The notes under the pieces: generated by a model | The model's database searches: none | Seen by the model: only the letters and a program-made list of their open reading frames with translations | Told to the model about the DNA's origin: nothing | In this document: piece after piece, positions 1-9,955 of the stretch | Numbering within the stretch: position 1 is the stretch's first letter | How the letters are laid out: the number at the start of each line of letters is the position of its first letter | Source of the DNA: an uncultured Clostridia bacterium | GTDB lineage: Bacteria > Bacillota > Clostridia > Christensenellales > Borkfalkiaceae | Assembly: GCA_944368065.1 (NCBI GenBank) | Contig: CALVWV010000010.1 | Location: 46,534-110,533, forward strand | DNA: 64,000 bases | Direction of reading: 5' to 3' | Made by a program: the position numbers and the translations under genes

Positions 1-38
1 ATTTTTCTGCAACTTTTTCAAACTGATAAGGAGTTATA

Positions 39-491
39 ATGAACTTTAAACCTACAGAGGAAATAAAAGAATTTCTCGGCAGAATAGCCGAACCGATGGG
101 CATTGAAATAGTGGATGTCGAAACGAAGGGCGACGAGCTTACGGTGTTCATAGAAACCGAAAGCGGCGTTGACCTTGACACGTGCGAAAAATTCCACAAC
201 GCCATAATGGAACCCATTGACGAACTTGACCCCAGCCTCGGCGCGGCATACACTTTAAACGTATCCAGCCCCGGGCTCGACCGTCCTTTCAGAACTGCGC
301 GCGATTTCGAGCGCAACCTCGGCAAGGAGGTGGAAGTAAAACTTTTCGCTCCCCTGAAGGGCAAAAAACTTCTCGAGGGCGTTTTGGAAGCTTTCGACGA
401 AAATTCCGTAACTTTGAAAATCGGCGACGAAACGGAAAAGATAAACAAAACCAAGATAGCCAAAATAAACAAGGCTATACAGTTAGACTAA
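39..491 (+). CDS. rimP: Ribosome maturation factor RimP
   Basis: 150-aa ORF with AAGGAG 5 nt upstream of the ATG. Has the RimP-like SSPGLDRPF motif and sits directly upstream of nusA, as in the conserved operon. Confidence 0.9.
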   Translation: MNFKPTEEIKEFLGRIAEPMGIEIVDVETKGDELTVFIETESGVDLDTCEKFHNAIMEPIDELDPSLGAAYTLNVSSPGLDRPFRTARDFERNLGKEVEVKLFAPLKGKKLLEGVLEAFDENSVTLKIGDETEKINKTKIAKINKAIQLD

Positions 492-585
492 AAACGGCGG
501 CAGAGGCCGCATTTCATAAAAAATTCCATAAAAAATAACGCTCCGCTTTAAAAGCGGCTTTCAACTCAAAACAGGAGATTTTAAA

Positions 586-1701
586 ATGACTAACAAAGAT
601 TTTTTCTTGGCGCTTGAAGACTTGGAAAAAGAGAAGGGCATATCGAAGGAAGTATTCCTCGAAGCTTTGGAAAACGCCCTCGTATCCGCGTGCAAAAAGC
701 AGTATGCCGGCACGGTAGGCGCCGTTGAAATCAAGCTCAATCCCGATAAGGGCACTTTCGACTTCTATACGGTAAAGACCGTCGTTGATGAAGTTGCCGA
801 CCGCGAAAAGGAAATTTCTTTGGAAGAAGCCCGCGCCATTAAAAAGACGGCGAAAGTGGGCGACAAGCTTACGGAAAAGTTCGTACCCAAGGACTTTTCC
901 CGCATTGCCGCGCAGACGGCAAAGCAGGTAATTCTGCAGAAGATACACGAAACCGAGCGCGACGCCGCAATGAGCGAGTTTGCCGATAAAGAGGGCGAGC
1001 TTCTCGTGGGCGTTGTCCGCAAGAAGGACGCAAAGAACATATACATCGACCTCGGCAAGGGTCAGATAGAGGGCGTGCTTCTTCCCTCCGACCAGGTTCC
1101 CGGCGAAAATTACAACGTAAACGACAAAATTAAAGTTTTCGTCAAAAAGGTAAAGAGCGGATACAACGGCGCGCAGGTGCTCGTAAGCCGCACGTCGCCC
1201 GGACTTGTAAGAAAGCTGTTTGAAGAGGAAGTTCCCGAAATAAAGCAGGGCACGGTAGAAATAAAAGAAATCAGCCGCGAGGCAGGTTCCCGCACCAAGA
1301 TGGCGATATACTCCAACGACCCCCGCGTAGACGCGATAGGCGCCTGCGTCGGCAACAAGGGCGCAAGGGTAAACGCGGTAGTTGCGGAACTCGGCGGCGA
1401 AAAGATAGACATTATTCCCTGGAGCGAAGATCCGCTTGAGTTCATAGCAAAAGCGCTTTCGCCCGCAAAGGTAATATCCGTAACCCAGCTCGACGGCGAA
1501 AAGACGGCAATGGCAGTCGTTCCCGACGACAAGCTCTCGCTTGCAATCGGCAAGGACGGACAGAACGCGCGTCTCGCCGTAAGGCTCACGGGCTGGAAGA
1601 TAGACGTGAAGAGCCGCAGCGCGGCTGAAAAGATGGGCTTTGTTCACGAGTCGGAGGGTGAAGGCGAAGAGCCCGCCGAAGAACATAATGCCGAAGACTA
1701 A
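586..1701 (+). CDS. nusA: Transcription termination/antitermination factor NusA
   Basis: 371-aa ORF with NusA N-terminal, S1 and tandem KH pattern (..ACVGNKGARV.., ..LAIGKDGQNARLA..) and an acidic C-terminus. Operon context supports the call. Confidence 0.97.
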   Translation: MTNKDFFLALEDLEKEKGISKEVFLEALENALVSACKKQYAGTVGAVEIKLNPDKGTFDFYTVKTVVDEVADREKEISLEEARAIKKTAKVGDKLTEKFVPKDFSRIAAQTAKQVILQKIHETERDAAMSEFADKEGELLVGVVRKKDAKNIYIDLGKGQIEGVLLPSDQVPGENYNVNDKIKVFVKKVKSGYNGAQVLVSRTSPGLVRKLFEEEVPEIKQGTVEIKEISREAGSRTKMAIYSNDPRVDAIGACVGNKGARVNAVVAELGGEKIDIIPWSEDPLEFIAKALSPAKVISVTQLDGEKTAMAVVPDDKLSLAIGKDGQNARLAVRLTGWKIDVKSRSAAEKMGFVHESEGEGEEPAEEHNAED

Positions 1702-1963
1702 GAAAATACCTTTAAGGATGTGCATAGCCTGCCGCGAACTTAAGGAAAAGCGCGATATGCTCCGCATAGTAAAGAATGCTCAGGGCGAAATATTCATAGA
1801 CTTTTCCTCCAAAGCCGCGGGGCGCGGCGCATACATCTGCGACAATCCCGACTGCATCAAAAAACTTAAAAAGCAGCGGCTTATAAACAAAGTTTTCTCG
1901 TGCGAGGTACCCGAAGAGGTTTATGCGCGCATAGAGGAGGAATACTTTGGAAAAAAGAGCTAA
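1688..1963 (+). CDS. ylxR: YlxR/RnpM family RNA-binding protein (DUF448)
   Basis: The internal ATG at 1688 gives MPKTKKIPLRMCIACRE..GRGAYIC, the hallmark DUF448 motif. It overlaps the nusA 3' end and holds the conserved position between nusA and infB. The track ORF start at 1640 is probably too far upstream. Confidence 0.85.
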   Translation: MPKTKKIPLRMCIACRELKEKRDMLRIVKNAQGEIFIDFSSKAAGRGAYICDNPDCIKKLKKQRLINKVFSCEVPEEVYARIEEEYFGKKS

Positions 1964-2273
1964 GGCGGAAACTTACATAGGCTTCTGCCTGCGCGCCCGG
2001 AAAATCACGCTCGGCACGGGCGCGGTGGACTGCCTTAAAAAGGGAGTTTATCTTATTTTAGTGTGTAAAACGGCGTCGGAAAACGCATTCAAACTTGCCC
2101 TTAAATTTGCACGCAGGCACTCTTGCCCGCTTATGGTGTGCAAATCGGGGCTGGAAAACGCCGTACACAGACCGGGCTGTAAAATCGCGGCGGTGACGGA
2201 CAGTCAGCTTGCGGGCGCGATAATTTCCGCCGCGGACGAGAATTATGAAATATATGCTGGAGGCATAAACTGA
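1947..2273 (+). CDS. L7Ae/L30e-family ribosomal-protein-like protein (YlxQ type)
   Basis: 108-aa ORF with a TTG start and AGAGGAGG just upstream. Small protein in the conserved position between ylxR and infB. Confidence 0.8.
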   Translation: MEKRAKAETYIGFCLRARKITLGTGAVDCLKKGVYLILVCKTASENAFKLALKFARRHSCPLMVCKSGLENAVHRPGCKIAAVTDSQLAGAIISAADENYEIYAGGIN

Positions 2274-2276
2274 TAT

Positions 2277-5018
2277 ATGGCAAACAAATACGAAAACGCT
2301 GAAAATATAGGAAAGCTGGTATCCGGCGGGACGTTGTCCGAGCTGGGTAAAAAGGTCAACGCATCCGAAAAGAGGGTGTCCGAGATTCTTAAAAAGCTGT
2401 CCGATATGGAGAGCGCTATCCAGGTAGCGAAGAAGCAGGAAGAGGAGCGCCTCGCTTCCGAGCAGGCTGAAAAAGCTAAGGCGGCTGCAGAAAAGGCTGA
2501 AAAAGAGCAGGCCGAAAGGGAGAAAGCCGAAAAAGAGCAGGCTGAAAAAGCAAAAGCTGCTGCGGAAAAAGCTGAAAAGGAGCAGGAAAAGGCTAAGGCT
2601 GCCGCTGAAGAAAAAGCGGCTGAGCCCGTAAAGACGGAAAAGCCCGCCGCACAGCCCGCGCCCGCCGCTCAGAAAGCACAGCCCGCGGCTCCTGCGGCTG
2701 AAAAACAGGAAAGGCAGGAAAAGCCCGCAGAAGTCAGGGCGGAAAAACCCGCCGCAACCCAGGCAAGACCCCAGCCTGTCCAGAATGCAGGCGCACAGTC
2801 CAGCATGCCCGCGCGCAGGCAGGAAAACCAGCCCCGCACACCCCAGCAGCGCCCCGTTCAGCAGGGTTACACCTCCGGCAAACCCAGGCAGAACGATAAC
2901 CGCACGTTTGTAAACAGGGATTCGCGTCCTCCCCGTCCCGGTCAGCCTCCCCGCCAGGGCGCACAGCAGCGTCCTTCGGCAGGATTCGGCGCAGGCCGCC
3001 CCGGAATGGCTTCCCGTCCCGCAGCAGGCGCAAGAGTTGCGGCACCCGCTCCCGCCGCAAAGCCCAACAACAAAAATTTCGGTCCCGACAAAAAGAAGGG
3101 CGACCGCACTTATATAGAAAAGGAAAAGCGCCCGATGAACAAGCGCTCGCTTATAAAGCAGCAGGGCGCAAGCGTTGAGGATTTCGACGACGAAAGGGGC
3201 GTATACCGCAAGGCGCGCACCAAGAAGGCGGTAAAGCAGGTTGTTCAGGCAGTCAAAATTGACCACGCCGTTGTAACTACCGATAATATTCCCATCAAGG
3301 TTCTTTCTGAAAAACTCGGCGTTACCGCAGTAGAAATAACAAAGCGCCTCTTCAAAGACGGCATAGTAACTACCGTCAACGGCTCCATAGATTACGAAAC
3401 TGCGTTCATGATAGCCGCAGACCTCGGCATAGAGCTTGAATACAAGCCTGAAAAGACTGCTGAAGAAAAGCTTATCGAAAAGCAGGCAGATACCGTTGAG
3501 GAGATTGAAAGCCTCGTTCCCCGCGCACCCGTCGTAACGGTAATGGGTCACGTAGACCACGGCAAGACGTCGCTCCTCGACTATATAAGAAAGTCCAACG
3601 TAACCGAAGGCGAAGCGGGCGGCATAACCCAGCACATAGGCGCGTACTCGGTATCGGTGGGAGATAAAAAGATAACCTTCCTCGACACACCCGGTCACGA
3701 AGCCTTCACGGCAATGAGGGCGCGCGGCGCGCAGGTCACCGATATCGTAGTGCTTGTCGTAGCCGCGGACGACGGCATAATGCCCCAGACCGTAGAAGCT
3801 ATCAACCACGCAAAAGCCGCGGGCGTTACGATAATCGTCGCCGTAAACAAAATGGATAAACCCTCGGCAGATATAAACAAGGTAAAGCAGGACCTTACAA
3901 ACTACGGACTCGTTCCCGAAGAGTGGGGCGGCGACACCATAGTGTGCCCCGTTTCGGCAAAGACGGGCGCGGGCGTAGACAATCTGCTTGAAAACATACT
4001 TCTCGTAGCCGAAATGAAGGAGCTTCTCGCCAACCCCGAAAGGGAGGCGCGCGGCACGATAATAGAAGCCAAGCTCGACAAGGGCATGGGTCCCATGGCA
4101 AGCGTGCTCATTCAGAACGGTACTCTCCATACGGGCGACAACATCATTTCAGGCACAGTAACCGGCCGCGTGCGCGCCATGATAGACGACAAGGGCAAAC
4201 AGGTCAAATCTGCAGGTCCTTCCACGGCGGTATCCGTGCTCGGCTTCGAAGAAGTGCCCAACGCAGGCGACTCCATATATGCAGTATCGCAGGAGCTGAT
4301 GAAGCAGGTCATAGACGAGAGAAAGAGAAAGGAGAGCGAAGCCCGCGTACAGCAGACTTCCAAAATCTCGCTCGACGAAGTATTCGGCAAAATTGCCGAA
4401 GGCAATATGAAGACGCTCAACCTCATAATAAAGGGCGACGTACAGGGCTCTGTGGAGGCTGTGAAGCAGTCCGTCGTAAAACTTTCCAACGACGAAGTGC
4501 AGGTTAAAGTTATACACAGCGGCGCAGGTGCGGTAAACGAATCGGATGTAATGCTTGCCGACTCGTCCAACGCGATAATCCTCGCGTTCAACGTCCGTCC
4601 CGATGCCAAGGCGAAGGCGCTTGCCGAAAAGAGCAAGGTAGACGTTCGCACATACCGCATAATATACGACCTTCTCGACGATATTCAGGCAGCGCTCAAA
4701 GGCATGCTTGCGCCCAAGTATCAGGAAATTTACATGGGCAAGTGCGAAGTGCGCCAGGTATTCAAGATTACCGGCGTAGGCAACGTTGCGGGCTGCTATG
4801 TAACGGACGGCAAGATAGTCCGCGGCGGCAAGCTCCGCATATACCGCGACGACGTGCTCGTGGTCGAAGGCAACGTTCAGCAGCTCAAGCGCTTCAAGGA
4901 CGACGTAAAGGAAGTAAATTACGGCTTCGAATGCGGCTGCTCCATCGAAGGCTTCAAGGATATCAGGGTGGGCGACATCATAGAATGCTATCTCATTCAG
5001 GAAGTGCCCGCAAAATAA
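2277..5018 (+). CDS. infB: Translation initiation factor IF-2
   Basis: 913-aa ORF with G-domain motifs [21 protein letters not shown] and SAK. The low-complexity A/E/K/P/Q-rich N-terminal region is typical of IF-2. Confidence 0.98.
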   Translation: MANKYENAENIGKLVSGGTLSELGKKVNASEKRVSEILKKLSDMESAIQVAKKQEEERLASEQAEKAKAAAEKAEKEQAEREKAEKEQAEKAKAAAEKAEKEQEKAKAAAEEKAAEPVKTEKPAAQPAPAAQKAQPAAPAAEKQERQEKPAEVRAEKPAATQARPQPVQNAGAQSSMPARRQENQPRTPQQRPVQQGYTSGKPRQNDNRTFVNRDSRPPRPGQPPRQGAQQRPSAGFGAGRPGMASRPAAGARVAAPAPAAKPNNKNFGPDKKKGDRTYIEKEKRPMNKRSLIKQQGASVEDFDDERGVYRKARTKKAVKQVVQAVKIDHAVVTTDNIPIKVLSEKLGVTAVEITKRLFKDGIVTTVNGSIDYETAFMIAADLGIELEYKPEKTAEEKLIEKQADTVEEIESLVPRAPVVTVMGHVDHGKTSLLDYIRKSNVTEGEAGGITQHIGAYSVSVGDKKITFLDTPGHEAFTAMRARGAQVTDIVVLVVAADDGIMPQTVEAINHAKAAGVTIIVAVNKMDKPSADINKVKQDLTNYGLVPEEWGGDTIVCPVSAKTGAGVDNLLENILLVAEMKELLANPEREARGTIIEAKLDKGMGPMASVLIQNGTLHTGDNIISGTVTGRVRAMIDDKGKQVKSAGPSTAVSVLGFEEVPNAGDSIYAVSQELMKQVIDERKRKESEARVQQTSKISLDEVFGKIAEGNMKTLNLIIKGDVQGSVEAVKQSVVKLSNDEVQVKVIHSGAGAVNESDVMLADSSNAIILAFNVRPDAKAKALAEKSKVDVRTYRIIYDLLDDIQAALKGMLAPKYQEIYMGKCEVRQVFKITGVGNVAGCYVTDGKIVRGGKLRIYRDDVLVVEGNVQQLKRFKDDVKEVNYGFECGCSIEGFKDIRVGDIIECYLIQEVPAK

Positions 5019-5124
5019 TTAATAAATAATCGGCCGTATATTTTCCGCGCGGCGAAGCAAATCAGGGCTTCAGCCGCGGGTAAAGCTCCGGCATTTGCAC
5101 ATCATAATAATAAAAGGAAACAAA

Positions 5125-5496
5125 ATGAAAGGTTTAAGGGGAGAAAGACTGGCTAGCGAATTTCAGAAGGCAATCTACGAGGTGATATCCCGCAGACTGC
5201 GCGATAAGTTCCCCCAGCTTTCCGCTATAATAAGCGTCACGGGCGCGGACATAGCTCCCGACCTCAAGACGTCGAAAATATATATCAGCATATTCGACCC
5301 TTCTGAGGAAAAAAAGCTCGCTTCCTTTGAGATAATAAAGGAAAACGCAGGCTTTATCCGTCACGAGCTTTCGGGTATGCTCCGCATAAGGACGGTACCC
5401 GCGCTGACGTTCATACTCGACGGCAGCATGGAATACGGCGCCCATATAGACGAAATATTAAACAAACTGGACGTAAAATCCGAAGATGAACAGTGA
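5125..5496 (+). CDS. rbfA: Ribosome-binding factor A
   Basis: ATG at 5125 (MKGLRGERLASEFQKAIYEVI..) preceded by AAAGGAAA. The sequence is RbfA-like and the gene follows infB. Confidence 0.9.
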   Translation: MKGLRGERLASEFQKAIYEVISRRLRDKFPQLSAIISVTGADIAPDLKTSKIYISIFDPSEEKKLASFEIIKENAGFIRHELSGMLRIRTVPALTFILDGSMEYGAHIDEILNKLDVKSEDEQ

Positions 5497-6451
5497 AAAC
5501 GCAGTAGCGGCGGCAGCCGCGCAAATTAAAAAAGCGCGCAGCGCGGCAATATTCTGTCATTCCCGCCCCGACGGAGATTCGCTCGGCAGCGGTCTTGCGC
5601 TGTGTCTAGCAATGCGCGCCGCAGGCAAAACCGCGTACCTCGTGTGCGAGGACGCCGCGCCTGAAAAATTTCTGTTTATCCCCGCCATGGCGGAGATAAA
5701 GAAAGAGCTTCCCGAAGGGGAGTTTGATACGTTCATCGCGGTTGATTGCGCAGATTTCACTCGCATGGGTGCATTCGGCAACGTGTTCGCCCGCTTCCGC
5801 GGCGATACGGTGAACATCGACCACCACATATCCAATACCGAGTACGCAAAGACAAACTGCGTCTGCGTATGCTCGGCAACCTGCGAAATCATGCCCCGCG
5901 TACTCGATGCGGCGGGACTTACCATAACCGAACCCGTCGCCAATCTTCTTATGCTCGGGCTCGTCACGGACAGCGGCTCTTTCGCCCACAGCGACGTTAC
6001 CGGCCACACATTCGAAGTAGCTGCAAGGCTGCGCGACGCGGGTGCGGACATAACCAAAATCAATTACGAAATGTTCTCCCGCCAGAAAAAGGCGAGGGCT
6101 CTGCTTTTTGTCCGCGCGCTCAACAATCTCCGCTTCGCGCTCGAGGACAAGCTTGCATTCATACTGGTAACTGACGCCGCTTTAAAAGAGACGGGCGCAG
6201 AGCGCAGCCTTACGGAAGGATTTGTGGATTATCCCCTGTCCATAGACGGAGTGGAGGTATCCATAGCCCTTCTTGAGATGAAGAGCGGACAGTACAAGGC
6301 ATCCTTAAGGAGCAAGGGCAAGGTAAACGTAAACGCCGTTGCGTCGACGTTCGGCGGCGGCGGACACATTCTCGCCAGCGGCTGCATGCTTTTCGGCGAG
6401 TATGAAGAAGTTGTAGAAAGGCTGACTTACGCCGTATATCAGCATTTATGA
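5486..6451 (+). CDS. nrnA: DHH/DHHA1 family phosphoesterase (NrnA-like)
   Basis: 321 aa with a DHH motif (NIDHH) and a DHHA1 GGGH motif. The start overlaps the rbfA end. Confidence 0.85.
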   Translation: MNSENAVAAAAAQIKKARSAAIFCHSRPDGDSLGSGLALCLAMRAAGKTAYLVCEDAAPEKFLFIPAMAEIKKELPEGEFDTFIAVDCADFTRMGAFGNVFARFRGDTVNIDHHISNTEYAKTNCVCVCSATCEIMPRVLDAAGLTITEPVANLLMLGLVTDSGSFAHSDVTGHTFEVAARLRDAGADITKINYEMFSRQKKARALLFVRALNNLRFALEDKLAFILVTDAALKETGAERSLTEGFVDYPLSIDGVEVSIALLEMKSGQYKASLRSKGKVNVNAVASTFGGGGHILASGCMLFGEYEEVVERLTYAVYQHL

Positions 6452-7296
6452 CAGGTTTTATAAACGTAAACAAGGCGGTGGGGGTGTCGTCCGCAAGGGA
6501 AGTTGCCGTAATAAAAAAACTTACCGGTCAGCCGTGCGGACATCTCGGCACGCTCGACCCTATGGCAAGCGGGGTTCTCCCTGTGGCCGTAGGCAACGCG
6601 ACGAGGCTGTTTGATTATTTTCTTGCAAAGCGCAAGCGCTATGTGGCTGAGTTTCTGTTCGGCACTGATACCGATACTCTCGATACTACGGGTACGGTCG
6701 TAAGAAGCGGCGGGCGCATTCCTTCCGAAAGGGAAATTGAAGCTGCATTGCCTTCTCTCGTGGGCGAACTTATGCAGGTTCCGCCGAACTACAGCGCAAA
6801 AAGCGTAAACGGCGTGCGCGGCTATCAGATGGCGCGCCGCGGCGAGGAATTTACACTTCCGCCCAAAAAGGTCAGCGTTGGCGAATTCAGACTTTTAGGT
6901 AAAGTATCGGACGGCGTTTTCCGCTTTGAAATTGAATGCGGCGGCGGCACATACATACGTTCGCTTGCGCGCGATTTAGGTAAATTGACAGGCACATATG
7001 CCGTAATGAGCGCACTTTGCCGCACAGAAAGCGGCGGATTCAAAATTGAAAATTCGGTTGAAACGCGGCTTCTTGACCGCGACAACATATATGCATCTCT
7101 AATACCTGCAGACTCCGTTCTGCCTTATCCCGCAAAGGTTCTGACCTGCGGTGAAGAAAAATTATACCTTAACGGCGTGCCGGCAGAATGCGGGCTTGCC
7201 GCTGGGCAGTACAGGATCTACCGTTCGGACGGCACATTTTACGGTGTAGGCGTATCGGACGGAACAACATTAAAATCGAGGTTAAAATTATGCTAG
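6448..7296 (+). CDS. truB: tRNA pseudouridine(55) synthase TruB
   Basis: 282 aa with the GHLGTLDPMASGVLPV catalytic motif. ATGA overlap with nrnA. Confidence 0.95.
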   Translation: MTGFINVNKAVGVSSAREVAVIKKLTGQPCGHLGTLDPMASGVLPVAVGNATRLFDYFLAKRKRYVAEFLFGTDTDTLDTTGTVVRSGGRIPSEREIEAALPSLVGELMQVPPNYSAKSVNGVRGYQMARRGEEFTLPPKKVSVGEFRLLGKVSDGVFRFEIECGGGTYIRSLARDLGKLTGTYAVMSALCRTESGGFKIENSVETRLLDRDNIYASLIPADSVLPYPAKVLTCGEEKLYLNGVPAECGLAAGQYRIYRSDGTFYGVGVSDGTTLKSRLKLC

Positions 7297-9002
7297 AGAT
7301 TGTCAATTACAACAAAGATGAATACAATTTTCCCGCGCTTTTAGTGCTCGGCTGTTTCGATGCTATTCATATAGGTCACGCCGAACTTTTAAAAAAGGCC
7401 AAGCTTCAGGCTAAAATCAACGGTCTGGACCTCGGCGTAATGATGTTTGCCGAAGGTAAGGGCGGCAGACAGGTATTCACCTTTGAAGAAAGACTTGCAT
7501 TTCTTGCCGAATTCAAAACTAAGTTTGTGCTTAAAATAGACTATACCGACGATTTCAAAAAGACGGCTGCAGCCGACTTTTTAAAGAATCTCGAAGAACA
7601 TATAAACGTAAAAGGTTATATGAGCGGCAAGGATTTCCGTTTCGGCGCGGGCGCCAAGGGCAAGTCATCCACGCTTAAAAACTATGCGGATGATGAAGAT
7701 AACGGCGTCTGGTATATGTCCGTAAAGGACGTTATGGCCGAAGGAGAAAAGGTTTCCACAACGCTCATAAAGCAGTACATAGAGGAAGGCAAAATCCAGA
7801 AAGCGGAAAGCCTTCTCGGCAGAAAGTATTTTGTCAGCGGTGAGGTCTGCGAAGGTCACGGCAGAGGCAAAATACTCGGTTTTCCCACGGCAAATATAGT
7901 TTATCCCGAAAACAAAGTGCTCGTAGCTCCCGGCGTATACGGCGTAGAGGCTGAAATAGACGGCACTGTTTATAAAGGCGTCGCAAACTGCGGTCCCCGC
8001 CCTACTTTCGGCGAAGACGCTTTCGTTATGGAAGTTTATTTCGAAGGTTTAAGCGAGGATCTGTACGGCAAAAACATAACGGTAAAATTCCTCAATTACA
8101 TACGCGGCATAAAGAAGTTTGAAAACGCTGAAGAACTTTCCGCTCAGATTGCTCACGACGTAACGTGCGTCGGCGCGCCTGACAGCACCGCGGAAGAGGT
8201 TGTTGAAGAGGCAAAGGCTGAAGAACCTGCTCCCGTTGAAGAAGTAAAGGCCGAAGAACCCGCTCCCGTCGAGGAAGCAAAGGTTGAAGAGCCCGCACCC
8301 GCTGAGGAAGCAAAGGCCGAAGAGCCCGCACCCGCTGAGGAAGTAAAGGCCGAAGAGCCCGCGCCCGTCGAAGAGGCAAAGGCTGAAGAACCCGCGCCCG
8401 TCGAGGAAGCAAAGGCCGAAGAACCCGCACTTGTCGAAGAGGTAAAGGTTGAAGAGCCCGCACCCGTCGAAGAAGCAAAGGCTGAAGAACCCGCGCCCGC
8501 CGAGGAAGCAAAGGCCGAAGAACCCGCGCCCGTCGAAGAAGCAAAGGCCGAAGAGCCCGCACCCGTCGAAGAAGCAAAGGCCGAAGAGCCCGCACCCGTC
8601 GAAGAGGTAAAGGTTGAAGAGGAGGTGTCGGAATCCGTTTCCGATCCCGAGGGTGAAATTGCTGTAGCTGAAGAGCCCGAAGGCGAGCCCGCCGTTGAAA
8701 AACTTGTTGAAGAAGTTTTCGAAGGCGAAGTAAAGTCTGAACCCGAGGAAGCGCCCGCAGAAGAACTTACGGCTACCGAAACAACCGAACCCGCGGAGGA
8801 AGAAAAAGAAGAGCCCGCAGAGCAATCCGTAGTCGAAGAGATAACGGAAGAGCTCGGGGAAGAAGCGGCTGAAGATACTGCCGAAGAGACGGAAGAAGCT
8901 TCCGCGGCCGAGAGCGAAGAAAGCGCGCCCCGCAAGAATAAGAAGAGGCGCAAGGGTCGCGGCAAAGCCGACCGCAGAAGAGGAGACACCCGTAAAAGAT
9001 GA
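7290..9002 (+). CDS. ribF: Bifunctional riboflavin kinase/FAD synthetase with a long repeat-containing C-terminal extension
   Basis: The ATG at 7290 (MLEIVNYNK..LVLGCFDAIHIGH) overlaps the truB end. The riboflavin kinase motif GHGRGKILGFPTAN is present. The catalytic part ends near 8170, but the ORF stays open to 9002. Confidence 0.9.
   Translation: MLEIVNYNKDEYNFPALLVLGCFDAIHIGHAELLKKAKLQAKINGLDLGVMMFAEGKGGRQVFTFEERLAFLAEFKTKFVLKIDYTDDFKKTAAADFLKNLEEHINVKGYMSGKDFRFGAGAKGKSSTLKNYADDEDNGVWYMSVKDVMAEGEKVSTTLIKQYIEEGKIQKAESLLGRKYFVSGEVCEGHGRGKILGFPTANIVYPENKVLVAPGVYGVEAEIDGTVYKGVANCGPRPTFGEDAFVMEVYFEGLSEDLYGKNITVKFLNYIRGIKKFENAEELSAQIAHDVTCVGAPDSTAEEVVEEAKAEEPAPVEEVKAEEPAPVEEAKVEEPAPAEEAKAEEPAPAEEVKAEEPAPVEEAKAEEPAPVEEAKAEEPALVEEVKVEEPAPVEEAKAEEPAPAEEAKAEEPAPVEEAKAEEPAPVEEAKAEEPAPVEEVKVEEEVSESVSDPEGEIAVAEEPEGEPAVEKLVEEVFEGEVKSEPEEAPAEELTATETTEPAEEEKEEPAEQSVVEEITEELGEEAAEDTAEETEEASAAESEESAPRKNKKRRKGRGKADRRRGDTRKR
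8211..8606 (+). repeat. 12 tandem in-frame 33-bp repeats encoding (A/V)K(A/V)EEPAP(V/A)EE
   Basis: Counted directly in the sequence. The head-to-tail units differ by only a few bases and lie entirely inside the ribF reading frame. Confidence 0.95.
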
Positions 9003-9844
9003 TTAAATTCGGACCCAGCGGCAACAGCGACAGCTTTTACGCCATGGGCTATAAAAATACAGAACAGGCGGCAAAATATGTAAAGGATTTCGGGCTTGAC
9101 TGCTTCGAATATTCTTTCGGCAGGGGCGTCAACATGTCTGAAGCAAAGGCCCTGTCCATAGGCGAGGCGTTTGCCGCGGAACAGATTGAAATTTCCGTTC
9201 ACGCGCCTTACTTCATAAACTTTGCCAATCCTGCCGATGAAGCTGCCCGGAAGTCTTATGGCTATGTTTTGGACAGCGCCAGATATTTAAAGTTTTTCGG
9301 CGGCAAGCGCCTTGTCTTTCACCCTGCCGCACAGGGCAAAGCATCTCGCGAAGACGCCGTGTCTCTCACATCCGAAAGGCTTAAAGTGCTGCGCGACTAT
9401 ATCTACATGAACGGGTACGAAGACTTGTACTTCTGCCCCGAGGTAATGGGCAAACTTGCGCAGATCGGCACGCTTGAAGAGGTTGTGTCGTTCTGCAAAA
9501 TAGACCCTGTATATATTCCCTGCGTCGATTTCGGACATCTCAACTCCCGCGAGCAGGGCAGTCTGAAAACTGTAAGCGATTATAAAACCAGGCTTGAATA
9601 TATGATAGGCGAACTCGGTTACGAGAGGGTTAAAAACTTCCACGTACATTTTTCAAAGATAATGTACGGCGGCAAGGGCGAAATAAAACATCTTACCTTT
9701 GCCGATGATGTTTACGGCCCTGAATTCGAGCCTTTGGCAGTGGCGCTCAAAGAGCTTAAGCTCGAGCCGTATATAGTCAGCGAATCGGACGGAACGCAGG
9801 CGGAAGACGCGCGCGCAATGAAAGATATTTATAATAAGGTTTGA
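8999..9844 (+). CDS. AP endonuclease family 2 / endonuclease IV-like TIM-barrel protein
   Basis: 281 aa with Nfo-like motifs (HAPYFINFAN, VFHPA, CPEVMG, CVDFGHLN, HVHFS). ATGA overlap with the ribF stop. Confidence 0.75.
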   Translation: MIKFGPSGNSDSFYAMGYKNTEQAAKYVKDFGLDCFEYSFGRGVNMSEAKALSIGEAFAAEQIEISVHAPYFINFANPADEAARKSYGYVLDSARYLKFFGGKRLVFHPAAQGKASREDAVSLTSERLKVLRDYIYMNGYEDLYFCPEVMGKLAQIGTLEEVVSFCKIDPVYIPCVDFGHLNSREQGSLKTVSDYKTRLEYMIGELGYERVKNFHVHFSKIMYGGKGEIKHLTFADDVYGPEFEPLAVALKELKLEPYIVSESDGTQAEDARAMKDIYNKV

Positions 9845-9955
9845 CATATCTGCCTTATTTTGCTAAAATAGTTATATAAGGATTGTATAAGAAAGGCTGT
9901 TTTAAAGCTTGCGCTTATGCATATTGCCGCACTGACTGTGGCAGGCGTTATTATA

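Noticed and set aside
514-1767. 417-aa ORF antisense to nusA. Similar long antisense ORFs are 2058..4130 (690 aa, opposite infB), 30341..31585 (414 aa, opposite lepA), 49256..50251 (331 aa, opposite the giant helicase) and 38404..39096 (opposite guaB).
   Set aside because: Each lies fully opposite a gene with unmistakable conserved motifs. The translations are low-complexity (rich in F/L/R/Y/G/A) with no recognisable domains or ribosome-binding sites. Stop-poor antisense frames are expected from the codon bias of the sense genes.
2440-2640. Repetitive gaaaaagc(t/c)gaaaa.. DNA in the 5' part of infB.
   Set aside because: It encodes the usual low-complexity A/E/K-rich N-terminal region of IF-2. 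This is an ordinary feature of infB.
8049-9202. Minus-strand ORFs of 258, 167 and 349 aa across the ribF repeat region. I also asked whether the 33-bp repeats could be a CRISPR array.
   Set aside because: The repeats are contiguous with no spacers, and they lie in frame within the ribF ORF. The antisense ORFs are just the repeat read backwards (S/A/G-rich or L/R/P-rich). No cas genes are present.
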